64,000 bases of DNA from an uncultured Bacteroidales bacterium (GTDB lineage Bacteria; Bacteroidota; Bacteroidia; Bacteroidales; Bacteroidaceae). This document shows positions 59,890 to 64,000 of this stretch, one piece after another. The stretch lies in contig CACYBB010000018.1 of NCBI GenBank assembly GCA_902772585.1, positions 363 through 64,362 of the forward strand, written 5' to 3'. The notes beneath the pieces were generated by a model. It was not told where the DNA came from and made no database searches. It worked only from the letters and a program-made list of their open reading frames with translations. How positions within the stretch are numbered: the first letter of the stretch is position 1; every line of letters starts with the position of its first letter. The position numbers and the translations under genes were made by a program.

Positions 59890-60170
59890 AAGCTGAACGG
59901 ACGGAAGCCGTCGTTGCAACTAATCATGGCACTCATCGGGTTCTTCATCCAGCCATCGAAGAAGTTGCCCTCGCCACGAGCTAGAGATTCTACAAAAGAC
60001 CTCATGGATTCCCAGGCAGAGGGGCACAGCCCTTCAGGCTGTTGACCATCGACGGAAATCCATTGCTGGCCAGTGCTGACATTGCAGGTGTGCTCTATCG
60101 GATTCTCATACTTCGCCATCAAATCCTCATAGATGGTCTGACGAATAGCCGTGATTCTTACTTTGTTCAT
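59865..60170 (-). CDS. TIGR04076 family protein
   Basis: MNKVRIT.., GLCPSAW and SCNDGFRP motifs; ATG at 60170. Confidence 0.8.
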   Translation of the reverse strand: MNKVRITAIRQTIYEDLMAKYENPIEHTCNVSTGQQWISVDGQQPEGLCPSAWESMRSFVESLARGEGNFFDGWMKNPMSAMISCNDGFRPFSFYLEVIDE

Positions 60171-60192
60171 GAGAAAGAAAGATACCAGACTG

Positions 60193-60828
60193 TTAATATC
60201 CGAGGTTCTCACCAACCAACACAACGACATGACGGCCTCGTGGAGAGTTCCTGAGGAAGTGGACGTAGTTGCAGATAGACTCTGGCGAGTTGCAGTTGTG
60301 GCACACACCATCCGTCTGGCAAGGCGTTTTGATGTCGAAACGGGCGGCATTGATGGGCGATGCTGTGCTACGCGCTCTGGCGAGAGCCGCCTCTACGTTC
60401 TGCGCCACCTTGTTCAGGCCAATGACGAAGATAACCTTCTTGGGTCCCCAGGTGATAGCTGCCACACGATTACCATTGCCATCGATGTTCACGATGACGC
60501 CGTCCTCAGAGATGGCATTGGCACTGGACAGATAGACATCAGTCGAGAATGCCTTGAGATACATCTCCTGCTTCTCCTCTGGCGTCGTCACCAAGTCGCG
60601 ATCAAGCACCTCCAATGTGCCACGATTCTTGAGATATTGTGGGATGCCCAGGTCACGGACAGTCATTGTTCCGCCCCACGTCACACTACTTCCGTCCTCA
60701 ATGAGTTCGGAAACCTTCTTCACTGCCTCGTCTGCTGTCGCACAATAGAAACCCTCTATGTGGCGACGCTTCAGGTTCTTGATAATCGTTTGAGCCAGAT
60801 GCTCATTTCTTTGTTCTTGTGGTGTCAT
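60193..60828 (-). CDS. LUD-domain (lactate utilization) protein
   Basis: SANAISEDG..NIDGNGNRVAA..GPKKV motif; Cys cluster. Confidence 0.88.
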   Translation of the reverse strand: MTPQEQRNEHLAQTIIKNLKRRHIEGFYCATADEAVKKVSELIEDGSSVTWGGTMTVRDLGIPQYLKNRGTLEVLDRDLVTTPEEKQEMYLKAFSTDVYLSSANAISEDGVIVNIDGNGNRVAAITWGPKKVIFVIGLNKVAQNVEAALARARSTASPINAARFDIKTPCQTDGVCHNCNSPESICNYVHFLRNSPRGRHVVVLVGENLGY

Positions 60829-60861
60829 AATGAGTAGTTTTTAAATATGTGTGATGGGGAA

Positions 60862-62646
60862 TTATTTTCCCTGATACCATTGCTGGAGAATGTAGAAGGC
60901 TTTCTTCTTCTCGCCCTTGTCGGAGTAGAGACCCTTGCGGTTGTAGTAGTCTTGGATGCCGTTGAGCACGCGACGAGGCGAGCGGAAGTCCTTGAGTACC
61001 CAGGGCGTGGTGCCTGCCAGTCCGTCAATCTTGTCGAGCATAGCGGTATTCTCTATGTAGAGGTTCTCTTGGAACTCCTCCGTCCAGCGCTGGTTCTTGG
61101 CACCATGCAGACCATACTTGGCACCACCACCAAACTCGCTGACGATAACGGGCTTGTCGTAGGGGATCTCCCATTCCATCTTGGGCGCGTCATTGACGTC
61201 ACGATACCAACCTATGTACTGGTTGAAGGCAACGACATCGACATGCTGGTGCATGTTGTCGTGCAGGCGGTTCTTGTAGTTTGAGGCCCCAGTGACCTCC
61301 ATGGCCATCGAGATGAGACGAGAGTTGTCGAGACTGCGTGCATACTGTGCCAGACGTCCCAGGAACTGGTCGCGCTGGGCAGAGTGGGGTGTCTCGTTGG
61401 CAATAGACCAGATGATGATGTTCGCACGGTTCTGGTCGCGCAGAATCATATCCGTTACCTGTTGCTGGGCATTGGCATAGGTCTCTGGGTTGGTCCAAGC
61501 AATGGTCCAGTAGCAGGGTATCTCGCTCCAGACAAGGATACCCATGCGCTCTGCCTCACGAATCATATTCTCGTTGTGAGGATAGTGTGCCAAACGAACG
61601 AAGTTGCAGCCCAATTCCTTGGCCCACGACAACAGGGTATGGGCATCGCTCGTACTGTTGGCACGACCACCACCGTTAGGCTTCTCCTCGTGCATGCTGA
61701 TGCCTTTCAGGAAGATGGGCTGTCCGTTGAGTAACAGTTGTTTGCCGCGTGTCTCGATAGTACGGAAACCAATGGAGTCGACCAATGTTTCACTATCCAT
61801 GCTGATTTCTACGCGATAGCGTTTGGGATTATCAGGCGACCAACGCTGGGGCTTGGCCTTCATGCTGAGGCTGGCAGTGCCGTCGGCAGTAGTGGTGACC
61901 TGCTTCTTGATTTTCAACTCAGGGATGGCCAGCGTAACCTGACGATTCGCCTCCTGCTTGTTCAGCTTGACAGAGAAGAGCAGTTGGCTGGTATTCGTCT
62001 TGTCCAGCAGCAGACGATAGTTCTCAATATAGGTGGGGGCTACCTCGACGAGGTAAACGTCGCGTGTGATGCCCCCATAGTTCCACCAATCGAAAATCTG
62101 GGTGGGGACATTCTCAGCACGTCGCTTGTTGTCTGCCTTGACGATGACAACATTTTCGCCCTCTTTCAACAGGTCTGTAACATCCATGTTGAATGGCGTG
62201 AAGCCACCAATATGATGACCAGCGAGCTTGCCATTGACATAGACGTAGGAGTCGTAGTTGATAGCGCCAAAATAGAGCAGCGTGCGACGCTCTGCCTTGG
62301 AGTGCCAATCAAAGCTGCGCTTAAACCAGACGGTACCCTCATAGAAGAACAATTGGTCGTCCTGCGTGTTCCAATCTCCAGGAATCTGCATGGTCGGTGC
62401 CTTGTCGAAATCGTATTCTATCAGGTCTTCCGGACGCTGGGGCTTGGCATTGAGAAAGAAACCCCAGCGGGTGGGATTCATGCGATAGTCGTAATAGCCT
62501 TCTTCCTGTACATCGACGATGTAATGCCACTCGCCATTGAGCGATGTGGTCTGACGAGCCATGATGTTGGCAACCTGTGGGATGATTTCTGCATTCATGG
62601 GGGCCAATCCCACGAACAACAAGAGCGCTGACAGAATCTGTTTCAT
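60862..62646 (-). CDS. GH2 beta-glucuronidase
   Basis: RLAHYP, WSIANE, SEFG and YNRKG (NxKG) motifs; signal peptide. Confidence 0.9.
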   Translation of the reverse strand: MKQILSALLLFVGLAPMNAEIIPQVANIMARQTTSLNGEWHYIVDVQEEGYYDYRMNPTRWGFFLNAKPQRPEDLIEYDFDKAPTMQIPGDWNTQDDQLFFYEGTVWFKRSFDWHSKAERRTLLYFGAINYDSYVYVNGKLAGHHIGGFTPFNMDVTDLLKEGENVVIVKADNKRRAENVPTQIFDWWNYGGITRDVYLVEVAPTYIENYRLLLDKTNTSQLLFSVKLNKQEANRQVTLAIPELKIKKQVTTTADGTASLSMKAKPQRWSPDNPKRYRVEISMDSETLVDSIGFRTIETRGKQLLLNGQPIFLKGISMHEEKPNGGGRANSTSDAHTLLSWAKELGCNFVRLAHYPHNENMIREAERMGILVWSEIPCYWTIAWTNPETYANAQQQVTDMILRDQNRANIIIWSIANETPHSAQRDQFLGRLAQYARSLDNSRLISMAMEVTGASNYKNRLHDNMHQHVDVVAFNQYIGWYRDVNDAPKMEWEIPYDKPVIVSEFGGGAKYGLHGAKNQRWTEEFQENLYIENTAMLDKIDGLAGTTPWVLKDFRSPRRVLNGIQDYYNRKGLYSDKGEKKKAFYILQQWYQGK

Positions 62647-62745
62647 TGCATTAGCGTGTTTTTAGTGAATTGCGAGTGCAAAATTACAAAAAATAATTCG
62701 TAATTCGACAGTTGTAATTCGTAATTTTTTTGTAATTTTGCCGTC

Positions 62746-64000
62746 ATGAAACAAGAACAAATCAGAGAACGCCTGGCAGCGCTGCGCCAGGAACTGCGCA
62801 GAGAACATCTGTCAGCCTATATCTTCCTGACAGCCGATGCCCATCAGAGCGAATATACTGCTGACTACTGGAAGGGTAGGGAGTGGATAAGTGGCTTCAA
62901 CGGATCGGCAGGTACCGCTGTAGTCACGCTGACGAGTGCAGCCCTGTGGACCGATTCGCGCTACTTCATTGCTGCAGCAGAGCAGTTGGAAGGTACGGAG
63001 TTCCAGTTGATGAAACTGAAGGTGGAGGGGACACCGACCATCGCCGAGTGGTTGGGAAAGGAGTTGGCAGGTATGGACGATAAGTCGGTAGGCATCGATG
63101 GTATGACGGCATCAGTAAATACCGTAGAGGAACTGATAGGTGACCTGCGTAAACAGGGAGGTGTCACGTTGCAAACGAACTTCGACGTGCTGAAACGTAT
63201 CTGGACCGATCGCCCTGATATTCCTCTTAATAAGGTTGAATTACAACCCATTGAACTGACTGGTGAGGACGTACAGAGCAAACTACAACGCATCCGTAAG
63301 GCCTTGCGTGAACAGCATGCGGATGGTATGCTGATGGCTGCTCTTGACGATATTGCATGGACACTGAATCTGCGTGGCTCGGATGTGCATTGTAATCCTG
63401 TCTTTGTGTCATACCTGTTGATAGCGTCGCAAAGTGTGACTTTATATATAAATAAGGTGAAGTTGACTGCTGAGGTGGAGGGATACCTGAAAGACAACGG
63501 CATCAGCATTGCCTCCTACGAGGATGTTGCTAAGGGACTGCGCGACTACTTTGAGTATAACATCTTGATAGATGCTGACGAGGTGAACTATACGCTCTTC
63601 AAAAATATAAAGCGTGAGGTGGTAAGGGCAACGTCGCCTGTGCCCCTGATGAAAGCGGTGAAGTGTCGGGCCGAACAGGAGGGGTTCCGTCGTGCAATGG
63701 TGCGTGACGGGGTGGCAATGGTGAAGTCCTTGAAGTGGCTGGAGGAGAATCCCCAGCAGACGGAACTCTCTGTCAGCGACAAACTGGAACGTTTGCGTGC
63801 CGAACAACCACTTTATAGAGGTTTGTCGTTCGATACCATCGCTGCTTACGAACAGCATGGTGCCATTGTGCACTACGAACCTACCCCAGAGAGTGATGTG
63901 GCACTAGAAACAAAAGGATTCTTGTTGCTGGATAGTGGTGCACAGTATCAGGATGGAACGACGGACATAACTCGTACAATCGCCTTGGGACCATTAACGG
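62746..64000 (+). CDS. Aminopeptidase P (M24B), truncated by window edge
   Basis: Read by hand: DAHQSEY, SGFNGSAG, WTDSRY, LNLRGSD, DSGAQYQDGTTDITRT. Confidence 0.93.
   Translation, partial: MKQEQIRERLAALRQELRREHLSAYIFLTADAHQSEYTADYWKGREWISGFNGSAGTAVVTLTSAALWTDSRYFIAAAEQLEGTEFQLMKLKVEGTPTIAEWLGKELAGMDDKSVGIDGMTASVNTVEELIGDLRKQGGVTLQTNFDVLKRIWTDRPDIPLNKVELQPIELTGEDVQSKLQRIRKALREQHADGMLMAALDDIAWTLNLRGSDVHCNPVFVSYLLIASQSVTLYINKVKLTAEVEGYLKDNGISIASYEDVAKGLRDYFEYNILIDADEVNYTLFKNIKREVVRATSPVPLMKAVKCRAEQEGFRRAMVRDGVAMVKSLKWLEENPQQTELSVSDKLERLRAEQPLYRGLSFDTIAAYEQHGAIVHYEPTPESDVALETKGFLLLDSGAQYQDGTTDITRTIALGPLT

Overview
This is a Bacteroidales chromosomal window, most like Prevotella/Xylanibacter, judged from TAnnTTTG -7 promoters, absence of SD motifs and T9SS-style C-termini. 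The housekeeping backbone is tatAC, MgtC-family, type II PanK, tRNA-Phe, sppA-lpxK-punA-thiL, groES-groEL, an AmgK/RapZ-like kinase, a MurU-like nucleotidyltransferase, guaA, an SDR, a LUD protein, a GH2 beta-glucuronidase and aminopeptidase P. Interspersed are secreted or surface genes: a 3202-aa LamG protein with a partner lipoprotein, two CotH kinases, a DUF3857/transglutaminase pair and an S37-C10-S8 protease trio. The most unusual part lies downstream of guaA (about 38.2-47.5 kb). It has a 200-bp duplication of the guaA 3' end around a CE7 esterase and a duplicated promoter around an orphan PD-(D/E)XK nuclease that faces a convergent small RNA. It also has an AT-rich gene array (UDG-like, CD225, DUF2752, TM2, lipoprotein) headed by a ~290-nt structured leader and punctuated at each non-coupled junction by a small pseudoknot-forming motif. 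Intergenic DNA across the window carries a family of 22-nt-period palindromic arrays, cruciform mini-elements and a dispersed terminator hairpin. No integrase, transposase or CRISPR array is visible. Family assignments come from motif recognition only, with no database searches.
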